Shown: positions 39,301-49,671, numbered from the stretch's first letter. The stretch is DNA of 64,000 nucleotides from Tubiluchus corallicola (GCA_030141605.1 JAQGDQ010000624.1:1-64000); one strand, 5' to 3'. Program-made: numbers and translations. The notes: generated by a model from the sequence alone, not told the origin.

Positions 39301-41379
39301 TTACATTACGATTACGATTAATATCATTTTCTACACAGATTGCAGAAGCTCGAGTACCATATGTATATTTGAAGAATTTTATCATAGCTGTGTAGTAAGC
39401 AGACTTTAGCTTATTAAAGTTAAACAAGTTATATTTAGTCCAGAGATTGAAACAATAAAATGACGAACAATATGACTCAAATATCGCACGCTTACATCCC
39501 TCGTACGATAAGAAAAATGTCTTACAAGGGTCTTAAATGTCTTATAATGTACGCTTATGACAGCAAAGTATTGCAATTCCATAAGGGTAAAATACTGGCA
39601 GGTTTTACCAACATAACTCATCTAAAGTGCAAATCAATAGAACTCCGCGCGAATATGACACCAGTGTTTTTTACTGGATGGCACTAATTAACCAATAAAA
39701 CCTCTATGACCCAATAAACACACAACAGATACAAGCGACCCCGGGTACTCAGGTTGAAAGTCTGTCGCATGTGCACTGTAATGATTGCATTAATAAGTCC
39801 TGCTGCTGATGCTGCAGACAATAAAAGCATCAGACCTGGATTATGCAAGGCAGGTTTATACAGGCTTCCAGATCTACAACAAATCAAGTGGATTTAGCGC
39901 CGGATGGCACCATTTAACAAATTAACAGAAAAGTACAGGCAGGCGTTGTCATAGTAACGCCTGTCATTCATGCAGAATTATAATCTGAGCTAGTGTCTGC
40001 TAATTAAATAAATTAGGAGTCTGCTAATTGGATGACGTCTGCACCAGAATCTATAATTTGAAGGCGTGAAAAAGTAAAAATTTATTTAACCGCGAAAGTT
40101 GGCATTGCAAGACCGTGTCAACAAATATACTAAGAGATGAAGTCCAGTCAGTTTACTATATTACCATAGTAATTATACAAATGCAGGAAACCCTACGGAC
40201 AGGTGAAATTGTCGTTGTCGTTGTTGGTACAAAATCCAATGATTCAAATTCAGCTATAATTTGAAAGCGTGAAAAAGTGAAAATTTATTTAACTGTGGAA
40301 GTTGGCATTGTAAGTCCGTGTCAATAATATATTGCCATAGTAATTACACAGATGCAGGAAACCCTACGGACGGGCGAAATTGTCGTTGTCGTTGGTACAC
40401 AGCCCAATGACTCAAATTCAGCTCGCAGTACACGTAACTTGCATGCTTAAAGAAATGAATCCATAATATTATTAGCCTCAAAGTAATTTAGAACTATCTA
40501 CGGATTTGCTCAAGCAAAAATACAGTAGCCCAAAGAGCGAAGCAAATTACGAGACCTGTCAGGGGGAGAGCGGGCGTTCTGCTTTACAGTAACAATGGCT
40601 ATTTATTTATTTTAAAATGTTTTATTAAAAGATTCATAAAATGATTACTTACGATAACCTGAGTTAAAAACAATAAGCCAATGACATTTAGTACTAATAA
40701 AATGATGGATGTAACAATAAAATTTTATTTTGAAATTCAAAAATGACAATGATTAAAAGCTAGAACTCACATTCACCATTCAGAAACATGTTACACTGAA
40801 ACAAAATCTTCAGTTGCAAAATTAAGATTAATTGTTTAACGCCCATAATTTTGGCATCACATATAATCAGTCGACTGAATAAAATGTATGTACTCTAGAA
40901 GTAAGAGATTTGTTAGTTTCATATTGTGAATTACATTACAAATCAATTTGAAAACAAAAATGAAATATTTTTCTGAAAGATATTTTCGGGCAAAGCTCAT
41001 AATGACTGTTTACAACAAGGATGGCAGCTGTTTACATTTCTTCTTAAACACCAACTTTCAATCATACTATTAAAACTATAACTGATCTAACATATCTAGT
41101 AATTTAACACATGTTGGCAGGATATTATCACTGGAAAACCTTCCCCAGTTCACAAATTATATTATTCTCGTGTCTACACAAAAATGAGGTCTTGTTAATG
41201 AGACAGCGCGTATTTTTTTCCTTTCGCTTATGTTGAGTAGAAACTGTAGTGGCCCAACAATTCAACCATGAAGAACTCCAGTTGTTACTGTAGCCTTGGA
41301 GTAGATGTATATTCATTACACTTACTCTGCACAGATTGGAGGTAAACGTCGCATTAGTATGCCCAGTGTGTCCAAGTAA
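2897..41379 (-). CDS. ANKFN1: Ankyrin repeat and fibronectin type-III domain-containing protein 1 (ANKFN1 / wide awake-like), multi-exon, minus-strand portion (gene span)
   Basis: Phase-compatible GT-AG exon chain 41326-41379, 37682-37739, 34860-34966, 30597-30643, 29424-29516, 12049-12212, 9383-9464, 7132-7235, 5892-6010, 5011-5089, 4046-4159, 2897-2995 gives one open frame: ...PSSPSMPSRLYRSRS-ALFDAVEKEDLEAAKGVLEASGNVDINW-MNSSNLTVLDIAILTNQKPLARILIANGARENLR...IDYWEWRAEIAKKMKANYDHA-NPPDPPVNVQLTVSGTDSILVTFSEP...YKVEWS. This is the ANK-ANK-linker-FN3 layout of ANKFN1. The 5' exons are less certain than the core. Confidence 0.9.
4046..4159 (-). CDS. ANKFN1: ANKFN1 FN3 N-terminal exon (NPPDPPVNVQLTVSGTDSILVTFSEPEDCNGALVTWYK)
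   Basis: tttag acceptor, AAAG|gtaact donor, 114 nt; classic FN3 start PxPPxNV. Confidence 0.9.
4298..4955. mobile_element. MITE family D (piggyBac-like termini)
   Basis: ctccttcaggac ... tccagaaggaa-TTAA; colinear with 36932-37674. Confidence 0.75.
5011..5089 (-). CDS. ANKFN1: ANKFN1 exon (EIEKSIDYWEWRAEIAKKMKANYDHA)
   Basis: tttttgcag acceptor, GCCA|gtaagt donor, 79 nt, phase 0-1; WEWR...MK...HA motif of ANKFN1. Confidence 0.88.
5271..5870. repeat. 60-bp minisatellite, 10 copies, composed of splice-donor-like subunits
   Basis: Unit ttggcaaggtgtgcttacattaatcagggcagtgctcaccttgatcacagcattcttacc repeats with exact 60-nt period. Confidence 0.97.
5892..6010 (-). CDS. ANKFN1: ANKFN1 exon (FVGKSRALDLSQLIKDAEEKTNDLTNAMLNTTPGSAALIK)
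   Basis: ttttag acceptor, CAAG|gtgagg donor, 119 nt, phase 1-0, in frame with both neighbours. Confidence 0.85.
6248..6788. mobile_element. TTAA-flanked MITE family A
   Basis: TTAA-gtgaaaaccggatgattg ... caatcgtccagttttcct-TTAA; same body as 1502-1946 plus an extra internal segment. Confidence 0.8.
7132..7235 (-). CDS. ANKFN1: ANKFN1 ankyrin-repeat exon (MNSSNLTVLDIAILTNQKPLARILIANGARENLR)
   Basis: tctccag acceptor, AGAT|gtaagt donor, 104 nt, phase 2-1; ankyrin consensus TxLDIA...L...GA. Confidence 0.9.
8324..8575. mobile_element. MITE family B fragment (TTAA-AGGAAAACAGG terminus)
   Basis: Shares terminus and body (gatttttcata...tacattttaa...gatgacatcacaa) with 18171, 19268, 29997 and 58913. 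Confidence 0.7.
8582..9170. repeat. Approximately 35-bp degenerate minisatellite (tgtactgattagcagttgttcgtgtatttcgttca)
   Basis: About 17 diverged tandem copies. Confidence 0.9.
9383..9464 (-). CDS. ANKFN1: ANKFN1 ankyrin-repeat exon (ALFDAVEKEDLEAAKGVLEASGNVDINW)
   Basis: ttttctatag acceptor, ATTG|gtaagc donor, 82 nt, phase 1-2; LFxAVE...VDIN ankyrin pattern. Confidence 0.9.
9866..9950 (+). repeat. Possible tRNA-derived SINE head
   Basis: A-box-like tgtccgagtggt and B-box-like gagttcaatactc at tRNA-like spacing; no cloverleaf. Confidence 0.3.
10120..11106. repeat. 43-bp minisatellite (aaaagccctgcttaccatgcatatcacagcttgactgattact)
   Basis: About 23 copies with period 43; a diverged patch in the middle. 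Confidence 0.95.
11954..12024. repeat. (AG)n microsatellite
   Basis: Direct; lies about 25 nt from the donor of exon 12049-12212. Confidence 0.95.
12049..12212 (-). CDS. ANKFN1: ANKFN1 N-terminal exon (GTLRKTASVDSIHQ...PSSPSMPSRLYRSRS)
   Basis: ttttttcag acceptor, TCCG|gtaaga donor, 164 nt, phase 2-1; PSSP...RLYR resembles the pre-ankyrin motif of ANKFN1. Confidence 0.82.
12560..12768. repeat. (AAT)n/(GAT)n compound microsatellite
   Basis: Direct. Confidence 0.9.
13460..13620 (-). CDS. ANKFN1: Candidate alternative first coding exon of ANKFN1 (MENKRLLAIYEDTE...DSHAKSR)
   Basis: ATG at 13620, open for 161 nt to GAAG|gtatgc donor in phase 2, the phase required by exon 12049-12212. Confidence 0.55.
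14330..14879. mobile_element. TTAA-flanked MITE family C (Kolobok/T2-like)
   Basis: TTAA-aggaaaggccaagc ... gcttgtcctttcct-TTAA; homologous to 21794, 24041 and (inverted) 59595-60106. Confidence 0.82.
15320..15365 (-). mobile_element. Non-LTR retrotransposon reverse transcriptase relic (GVPQGSVLGPPLF)
   Basis: Minus strand ggtgttccgcagggatcggtgctaggtccgccattgttt encodes the CR1/L2/jockey-group RT motif; the flanks are not open. Confidence 0.65.
16444..17056. mobile_element. hAT-like MITE (TAGGG[A/T]TGCCACC termini)
   Basis: tagggatgccacc ... ggtggcaacccta; the 8-bp TSD is only partly preserved. Confidence 0.7.
18171..18400. mobile_element. MITE family B, internally deleted copy
   Basis: TTAA-aggaaaaaagatcatttttcata terminus; body matches 19268. 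Confidence 0.65.
19268..19845. mobile_element. MITE family B
   Basis: TTAA-aggaagacaggatgatttttcatac; colinear with 29997-30577. Confidence 0.75.
20740..21258. repeat. 48-bp minisatellite (aaaaatagcttaaaattttagatcacgtactagcagtcctttatatat)
   Basis: About 11 copies, two of them shortened. Confidence 0.92.
21794..22345. mobile_element. MITE family C
   Basis: TTAA-aggaaag start; body colinear with 14330-14879. Confidence 0.75.
24041..24583. mobile_element. MITE family C
   Basis: TTAA-aggaaagccca ... tgtcctttcct-TTAA. Confidence 0.8.
26770..27405. repeat. (CAT)n/(CAC)n microsatellite block, itself tandemly duplicated
   Basis: Two blocks, each starting agtaca(a)agtcaa.atcatca and ending catcccaatg...ccaaaaacaatgta. 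Confidence 0.9.
27948..28250. repeat. Approximately 153-bp tandem duplication
   Basis: tcagattctgagagtgatgtgcacacacgct at 27948 and 28101. Confidence 0.85.
28925..29190. repeat. Dispersed repeat E (inverted partner at 37975-38260)
   Basis: ttgttttacttggactttacttaattatgcattagtctgtgcgtagagtg... is the reverse complement of about 38010-38120. Confidence 0.85.
29424..29516 (-). CDS. ANKFN1: ANKFN1 5' exon (GGLMRLARKLSHREKKDIEKTNRTRAFSAD)
   Basis: cacacag acceptor, ACTT|gtaagt donor, 93 nt, phase 2-2, joins 12212 in frame. Confidence 0.65.
29997..30577. mobile_element. MITE family B
   Basis: Body as 19268; ends cctggttttcct-TTAA. Confidence 0.75.
30597..30643 (-). CDS. ANKFN1: ANKFN1 5' exon (RLQVNVMMDPEDQEN)
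   Basis: tgtttcag acceptor, ACAG|gtgatt donor, 47 nt, phase 0-2; contains an in-frame ATGATG. Confidence 0.55.
31016..31685. repeat. 27-bp minisatellite (tcttctgtatgtcttctggtttgtgtg)
   Basis: More than 20 copies; explains all ORFs at 30957-31836. Confidence 0.95.
32345..32890. repeat. Dispersed repeat F (direct partner at 51270-51850)
   Basis: aaagttaaaactagattta...ctctagctaggaactaca...tttcctttagatacaaaaaa shared between the two loci. Confidence 0.85.
32910..33228. repeat. Approximately 32-bp degenerate minisatellite (taacctgaggtcattacttaaccttgacttga)
   Basis: About 10 copies. Confidence 0.85.
34375..34705. repeat. Approximately 27-bp minisatellite (cctgaggtcataatcacaggggaccta)
   Basis: About 12 copies. 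Confidence 0.9.
34860..34966 (-). CDS. ANKFN1: ANKFN1 5' exon (GTSKQNDSSGDSEPDSGAEHATGSSAAALSKSPGKQ)
   Basis: tacttgcag acceptor, ACAG|gtaaat donor, GC-richer island; the only open frame is phase 1-0, which fits the neighbours. Confidence 0.6.
36932..37674. mobile_element. MITE family D, full length with TTAA on both sides (piggyBac-like)
   Basis: TTAA-ctccttcagg ... cctgaaggag-TTAA terminal inverted repeat. Confidence 0.85.
37682..37739 (-). CDS. ANKFN1: Candidate ANKFN1 5' exon (PHGSPRTTSISPLHFFEQK)
   Basis: cttctag acceptor, AAAG|gtgaga donor, 58 nt, phase 0-1. Confidence 0.45.
37975..38260. repeat. Dispersed repeat E, inverted copy
   Basis: See 28925-29190. Confidence 0.85.
40051..40423. 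repeat. Approximately 200-bp tandem duplication
   Basis: ctataatttgaa.gcgtgaaaaagt at 40051 and 40254; atgcaggaaaccctacggac twice. Confidence 0.88.
41326..41379 (-). CDS. ANKFN1: Candidate ANKFN1 5' exon (54 nt, symmetric)
   Basis: ctcctcctgactcttgtag acceptor with a ctgac branch-like motif, CAGA|gtaagt donor; phase 0-0 frame LLGHTGHTNATFTSNLCR is open. Confidence 0.4.
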
Positions 41380-44300
41380 CTACAAGAGTCAGGAGGAGTT
41401 AATTAGAGTTGCTGATCAATGAGATGCTGCTGAGGATTACTTGATTGGTGAAAGCCAAAATCAAGACTAGGGTAAGCAGCCATTAGGCAGTGCACATTGC
41501 ATACGAATGAGGTGCTTCGCAAATGCCTGTAGACTGATTAGACAGCCACGAACTATTCATTTAAATGCTTTTGGTAACATGACAAGTAACGAGCAAACAA
41601 ATTAGTTCAAGTTGAAAAATTCATTTTGTATCGGAGCTGCAATTTCAGACGAACACTTGCTTTATCAGTTGCATCCTCCCTATCTGCACTTATCTCCATT
41701 TCTCCATCTCTTAAACGATATCATACAGAGTTAGGAGAAGCTTCAGCCTTTTTCCAATGAAAAAACCTAAGCTAAGATTTATGTTAGCAGTCTGAACGCA
41801 AAAGATCTTGGCCTATACAAAATCTGTTCTTAGTACAATTATAAAGTCAGTATGAATGAGACACTAACTTAAAATACAAAACACTGTAAAATAACCATTA
41901 GTCGCTAAAACGTGACGATTCAACAAAAACGGATTTCTGTCAGTACAGGATTCTCACTTTCTCCATTAATTAGTTACTATTGACGGTTAGGTTACTCATT
42001 TCTAATGTTACATATGTACTTCAAACTCTACAAATCAATTGCTACATTGGCGAACATCGTTAATTATAGTATTCAGCAAACTTCGGCAACCTTAACTATC
42101 ACACCCATTACTGGATTACAGTATTTTAACGCGAGACAAACACATACTGATACAGAATGAGTCATTAATAGCGTGTCGGAGAGACAAATCCAACTGACAG
42201 TTCCGATAGAAGTTCAGTAATTGGCGCACAAGCTATAATCTTAGGATAGTAATGGTAGTTGCCTATAAAGAGTTGTCTAAAACACGTTTTGGCTCACATA
42301 ACGGTCAAGTAAAAATAATAAGATGCAACACTCGAGTTCTGTACAGGCAGAAATCCATGAAAATATTTTAACAACAAAATCAACTAATACAACGATTGTG
42401 CGAGGAAATCTAATTCTGACTATAAACCTATATTCTAAACTATATATAGCATACTTGTTCACTCATACCTCATACACTTCATATCAGTGTAATCTGTGTA
42501 AAACAATCCCATAATAGAATAAATTACTGAGAGTAAAAATAGATTAAAAAAATCAAGCAATGTTTTGTCTTTTGTTTATTTACTTATTACCGTCATTGAT
42601 TTAATTTAAATGATTTGAATCTAGAATTTGTAATGACATATTTCTATATAACATCCGAGATTTTTCAGTTTTTTGCAGTCTTCTACGCAGGACTCAGCAT
42701 TGCAATTTACAAATTTGAGCTATTCACAGTTCATCTTACAGCAGAAAAAGAAATGATCACAAAAATCTACCCATACCTGTAAAATTCGTTCGAGAAGGCA
42801 TCGAATTAAAACTGTGATTTGAACAACAAAAATAATCTTTTCAGTTATGATTTAAGTCATTAATGCACACCAAATCTCAAAAACTGTGTGCGAGATTGCA
42901 ACGCTTTCCCGCTAAATATAAGTGGAGATGGACAAAGAGACCACTGTTTAGTGTTTACTTGCTTTCTAAGTGATGCTGGGCCATACTTGGGGTTAGGTGC
43001 TACCTCCGGATGCTGGGAATGCCTCAGATGATGAGATCATCAGGGCCGCATCAATTCGCCTGCTGTGCCAGGGCTTCAAAACAAGTGCGAAATCTCCTTA
43101 TGCGCTTAATGATTCGGGGAATTTTTCTTGTTTGCGTTCGCATGCGTGCAAGTATGACAAAAACAACACAACACCCAGTGTAAACGCAACCATATTGCAA
43201 CTGTCATGTTAAATTGTATGAATAACTTAAATTCCAAATTAAATGACTGGCTTGCAAAGCATTAATAAAAGGTTTTCAACAACTTGGCACTGTGCCAGTT
43301 GGAATCCACCGTTCAGTGGAAGAACTTACAGTATTGAATATACCTGATTGTGGCGGGACTAACATCTAGATCAATATCAAGAATATTCCTCGAAGATGAG
43401 ACAGTGGTATGACAGAAGTGTCTTAGTCACGTTCCGATGTAACTACATCCCCCCTCAACGACAAGAATCGATATAGTGAACGAAACTTCCCAAAGCCAGT
43501 ATTGAACTCTGCTGACGCCCACCTATTTACTGACCAACCTCAGCGTTGCTGAACTTCGGTCGCTAAGCACATACTATTGCTCTTGCATTATACGTGTACC
43601 TTACAGAGTAATGAAACCAGTAAAATAACATTTTCGACGATAGTGAAATTATAAAAAATACGTTTAAGACCTGTTGTATACAAAAAATATTAAAATAAAT
43701 AAATAAATAAATAAACACACCCACACCCACACCCATGCACGCGCAGCGCGACACACGCGCGCGCACGCGCACGCCCGCACGCACACACAGATAAATAGAT
43801 AGATAGATATTTGTGCTATTGAAATGACACGATTTTAACCAGCGCCGCATGATTATTGGCAAAGAAGATTAACATTGACTATATATTTATAACAACTAAC
43901 CAGCTGTACGGAACCGCAGAAGCCTAGGCGGAATCTCCATAATGCGTACAGTCGTTGTGCAACCTAGCAAGGCTGGAGCCGCCCAGGCCTGCAGCAAGTC
44001 TATCAAGGCAAGTAACAAGCTGCGATGTGGAAAATTAAGCATCAGCAACAAGTGTGAATCATAATTAAGAAGAGCAAATGAGAAAACCATATTAAGTACA
44101 AGCGAAGAGAATAGCTGAGTAGCTGCCGACAGCATTTAGCCAAAGAAGAATCTGGTTGGTCTGGCTGGTAACTGGATGGCTGACTACCCGGAAAACACTT
44201 CTGGGTTGCCTTTATTTGCCCTGGTTCTTTACCACAAACTGTTCCAAGGTAGTCTTGATCAGGTCTTAAAACATCAAACAATTCAAACAAACAACAAATT

Positions 44301-45402
44301 TGGTAATAATTCACGAGGCAAACGTGTCTATAGAATTCCCTCCCTTCTATTATCAAACAATCAGAATCACTAGCTATTTTTAAAAAGAAACATGCGGCGC
44401 TAGCAATACCAGTTAAGTAGATTTCAAAAACCAACTTATGTAAATGATGTTAATTTCTTTAATTCAAATTTTGTATTAATACACCCACGTCCCCAATAAC
44501 TGAAAGAGAATTCAGTACGTGTAATTTTTGTTAGGTATTATATACGAATGTATTGTGTGTGTTGTGATAATTGATGAAAGTTTTGTCTTACATTTGTTAT
44601 GTATTTTATTTATTCTATTGCACCTACGTATTGTGTCATGTATTATGTGTGCTTTAGTAATCGTATGGTTCCTATGTATAATATTTTATCTATGTATGTA
44701 ATTGCTTTTAGTTTGCACTATTGCGTTTTTACGCACTAATAGTTTATAGTTTTGCACCAGACCCATTTGCCTTTAACAGTGTTTTAGTATTGAAAATTTT
44801 TTTAACACTGTGATGATTGTGATTTTATTGTGATCTATTTTATGGCAAATATTGTATACATATACATGTAAGTGTGTATCGCGTGTAATAAGTTCGCTGG
44901 GTCATGAATGACTTATACAGCACGCGTTATCTATGCCTCAGTTGCTCATGAATGTACGTCCAGCTGAAGAATTCTACAAATTCATCATTCCGCCAACTGC
45001 TAAACACATAAAACTCAACACATAAAATACTATGAATTAATTTATTAGGGGCGTTCGTAAAACAATTTAAAACAAAATAGAAATACCGAAATATCTTTGC
45101 TTGCGCTACGAATTAATAGCAAAATAAACGACCGTAAACAAATTCAGAAAGCCTCGCTATGTATGATATGCAAATGCTTTCGAGTGCTTTTTTGTTTAGT
45201 TTTAAATGAGATCTAAAGTTTAATAATATTTCGGGAAAATGTTTTATTCATATACGACAGTAGCAATAAAACACAGTCGATCAGGGAAGGCAAATCTAAG
45301 CGCAGATTACTGGCACTCAAAACCGGCGAAATGATGCGTTAAACACGATGGTACTATGAGGGGAAAGAGGGAAGAAATAGAGAAAAAGGAATGGGCGAAA
45401 AG

Positions 45403-45480
<78 letters not shown>

Positions 45481-45489
45481 AAGAGAGAC
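45403..45489. repeat. (AG)n microsatellite upstream of the sulfotransferase
   Basis: Direct. Confidence 0.95.
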
Positions 45490-45956
45490 GGGAGGAGATA
45501 AATGCAGAGTGAGAAAAATACAGAGGTTTTATTTGAGTTATTAACAAGCAAAGCTGTGCAGTAATGAGTCGAATTTAGCTTATCTGCGTCCCACTGATTG
45601 GAATACAAAATATAATTGAGGTTGAAATGCACTTGAGTAAGTGGAAATCGTATATCAAAATATTATACCAAGACCGACTAATTTAAAAACTTGTGATGTG
45701 ATATACCAGACAACTGAGAAAGCGAACACTGGGTAAACTATAAAAAACAGCTATAATTTTGTTTGCTAAGAGGCAAAGAAATGTACAGTAGGTTAGGGTT
45801 TTGTGCAGTACTTGACAGTATATTCGTACCAAAGGTTAAAGTCTTATCACTTTACTCAGATTATCAGAAAGAAGTACAGCAGAGACGCTGGTCTGACATG
45901 TGTCTTAGTCACGGTCTGATGTAACCGGGTGTACGACAAGGATCAATATGGTGTGA

Positions 45957-47272
45957 ATGAAATATTTATTACATTATTTATTACAACTATTTATTACACC
46001 GCCTGACAAACTACCTGGTATGAGTGAAAACGGTGTGAGTAGGAAAGCAGCTATAACTGTACTTCTGTTTCTTTTTTGCTGTTCTGTTTTCATTGTTTTC
46101 AATTTGAAGAGTTCGCTGCCACCTGACCAGCTAAAGGCAACCAGCATTGTTTCAACTTCGCTGAATGATTTTCAAGCAAAAGTCTCTAATGCAGATGTTA
46201 ATGAAAAAACTGCGACTGAAAGTCATAGAGAAAAAGTGCACTTAAATGCCAGGCAGCCCCTCGGTGGACAAGAGCAAAATTCTGAAGTGAAAACACTAGT
46301 CATTATACTCGCATATCAGCGTGGTGGATCCACTTTCTTGGCTGAGATATTTAATGCACACCCAGCTGTTTTCTATTCCTACGAGCCCGTTAGGTGGATC
46401 CAAGTGGATCAGCTCTTTCCATCAGGATTCAGAAGGAGCGACATTGTCGTGTGGAAGGGAAGAGACTTGATAAGAAAGATGGAAGCGTGTGATTATGAAA
46501 AATTGTCCGGGTATCTGAAGTACCAGAAGGGATTTTCTTTGTTTCGAAGTCGAGCAGTGGCTAGAAAATTGGGCTGTGATGACGACATTGAAGAAGAACG
46601 TCAAAGTAAATGCAGGGCAAGACAATCAAAAGTTACGTTAAAGACTATGGAGGAACTTTGCAATAATCACAAATTTCATGTGTTGAAGGTGCTACGTCTA
46701 CATGCAATAGACTTGACACAATTGCTAAATCTACCTGGGTATAAAGTGAAGATCATTTACCTGATGCGGGATCCAAGAGGTTTGCTGAATTCCAGGACGA
46801 ATGTGTCATGGGGTGCAAAGCTACACTCTAACACTACTTTTCCTAAAGAAATTTGTTTTGATTTGCTGGAAAATCTCGATGGTGCAAGGAGCGAAGAGCT
46901 TCCACCCGACGCTATTAAATTTGTTAAATATGAAGATGTGGCTGACAATGTGATTGCTAAAACAAAAGAAATGTTTGACTTTGTAGGTCTGCCGTATCAC
47001 GATGATGTAGACAAGTACTTGATGACTCATGCTCTGGGGTTGGATACCAGAAAACGTGGTCAGTCTAAGATGTCTACTTACAGACATAACTCAAGTCAAA
47101 CAGCGCATGCGTGGTCAAAACAGTTATCACCGGAATTATTAATATTGATCGAGAAACAGTGCGGACAATATATCACAGCTGCTGGATATGATATAAAGTA
47201 TGTAAAAAACTTAAAAGAAATTCAGAGACTTAGAGGTTACCAAGGTGGAGATATGCACTACGGTAAAATGTA

Positions 47273-47273
<1 letters not shown>
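45957..47273 (+). CDS. Golgi type II carbohydrate 6-O-sulfotransferase (CHST1/CHST3-7 family-like), single coding exon
   Basis: 438-aa ORF with N-terminal TM helix AAITVLLFLFCCSVFIVFNL, 5'-PAPS-binding motif YQRGGSTFLAEIFNAHPAVFYSYEP, 3'-PB motif KIIYLMRDPRGLLNSR and VKYED. The true start may be the second ATG at 46020. Exact orthology cannot be resolved. Confidence 0.93.

Positions 47274-47350
<77 letters not shown>
47274..47350. repeat. (TAA)n microsatellite abutting the sulfotransferase stop codon
   Basis: Direct. Confidence 0.95.
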
Positions 47351-47351
<1 letters not shown>

Positions 47352-47716
47352 GTGATTGTCTGTTTGGCAGAAATTTAGCCAAAACGCTCTTCGAACATGA
47401 GTTTGTACTAACACACTGCAAACTGTTATCTGTTCAGTTTACACAGAAGTATGCATTTGTGTACAGCTTATGACTATCGTGTACGAGCTATTGTATCATG
47501 GTATAATAACGTATATTTTGCTATTAATTTGGTAAAAAAGCTTGTATTTATTGCGATTATTACTACATTACCTATGTATGAATTTTCAAGAAGATTATAC
47601 TCTTTTTAAGAAGAGTATTATTTTATAGTCTGGTTGAGTTACAAAGCATGAAATGAAATAAACAACACCACCACTAAGGTGATCCAGTATTTAATTTTTT
47701 ACATGTATGCACGTTC

Positions 47717-47930
47717 TTAAAGGAAAATTTTGTTAAACTTTGTTAAACTTTCAAAGCTACACGCGGCTCAGCGAATCTGCTTAGACTGGCAATGGTGCCT
47801 TTTTGTCACAGTCTCGAGGCCTACAAATAGGCGCGGTATCTTGATAAGCATGATCATAAATTGCAGTATTCGTATGTGATGTCAGTGTGACGTAGAGCTC
47901 ATTTTCGTGACCAAATGGGGTCACATCATC
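47717..47930 (-). mobile_element. MITE family A fragment, inverted
   Basis: tttcaaagctacacgcggctca...acaaataggcgcggta is the reverse complement of about 6510-6650. Confidence 0.7.
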
Positions 47931-49671
47931 ATGAAATGTGGTCTCACATGCGTCTCTGTGGAATATGGTCTCACAGGCACCTCTATGGAATTTGGTTTCT
48001 GAGTCTATAGAATTCTGCAGCTTGGTGTGCATTCAGCAGCAACTAACGTACAGATGTACACATGCTGTAAAAATCATGACCCAACAATATTATCAATTGC
48101 TTATGGTGCTTTAAGGACTGGCTTCAGAACTGTACCACAATTTTCGGATAATATAACTTGTTTGAGCAGTTTTCCGGCTTTTGCCTGATCTTATTGTATT
48201 GCGTTGTGCTGTGTGCTGCGTTGTGCCCAATACGTTCAATGTGTAATGCTTCCAGGATTATGCTTCCACCATCATGGTAATTGTGTCTTTTTGGCCTAAG
48301 TTAAACGGCAAAGATATGTGCACTCTTTAGTGCTGAAGAGCACCTGAGCTTGTACACACCAACAGTGCACTGTGTTTAGTGGAATTCAGTAACAAAATGG
48401 CAGGTTCCTAAGATTGACAGTTCTGTTACTACTAACATATTGGTTTGTTTGTTTGTGGAGTGTAACATAGTTTCATATCAATCAAAATATGTAATCTGTA
48501 AGGTAAATTTTAAATTATCTATATAATGTTATATCATGTATCTTTTGGCTAGCTAACTACTGAATTGTATTTCGATGTTGCTTCTAAATTCTGGTCATTT
48601 ATTTAGCCAAACCTGGAAAATTCAATTAAATTGCTGTATTAATAAATTACTTATTAGTAAGATAGCGGGAGGGAGCGAAAGCGAGAGGGGTGACGAAGAG
48701 ATGGTAAGAGGTATGGAGAGGAGAGACAGAGGGGAATGAGAGTGGGAGCGAGACAGTAAAGGGGAATCAAAACGATGATCAAAACCTTTATTTGCATATA
48801 TTTAAACATACGTGCGCACATACAAATAGAGCCATCAAATTCTTAACAACGAGAAAAAATAACTACAGGTACAGATGCCCCATAATAAATTTTTTTTATA
48901 CTTTTTATACTTAATGATGTTTCAACAGCACTGTAGCAGTCATCATACAACGAGAATACACTTACTAGTTGACAGGAGAGGAAGAGGAGAGAGAGGAGGA
49001 AAACAGAGAACAAGAGAGTATGAGCGAGGGAGCAAAAGAGAGTGGAAGAGCAAGAGGAAGACAGAACGAGAAAGGTTTTACTGCAACAAAAAGTCAACAT
49101 GCTTCTCAACAACACGTCAAGTCTCAGTTACAATAAACAAAAGTAAAAGTCGCTCCAGTGCAAAATAGTCTTGTGATGCTTTGCTTTTGCTGGTGAAGTG
49201 TTAATTCATTTTTATGACCTCTTGAAGAAACCGCAAGAAACCAATTAAAAAAACTTTCACTAGGGAGTGAAAACGAAGGCCTAATTACTTGATTTCAGAC
49301 CAATCAAAAGCCCACAAAGAACACATAAAGCGAATGTGAATGCCTAAAACCTTGCCGCTTAACTTCACTGGCTTCTTCCCATTAAAATCACTTTGTATAT
49401 GTACAGGCTTCTCCTTTAAGGCATCTGGCTTCTCCCAGAGTTCACTGTGGCACAAGAGTATTATCACGAAAATAAAGCCGTTACACAGCATTTGACTGAG
49501 CTGCATGATACTTCATATGGTAAACCACGATCCCTATAAGTGAACAGCAATTCTGACGCTAAGATTTTTATGTACTTTCATACTAAATTTCTTTACATTT
49601 TTAAATACGGTTTAGGTTCTACAAGCAGGGATCCAGCACTTAGTGACAGGACCTCTCAATGTTGATGCTTG

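Noticed and set aside
42959-43212. GC-richer island as candidate ANKFN1 first exon
   Set aside because: The frames leading to the available donors contain stops or lack an ATG or acceptor.
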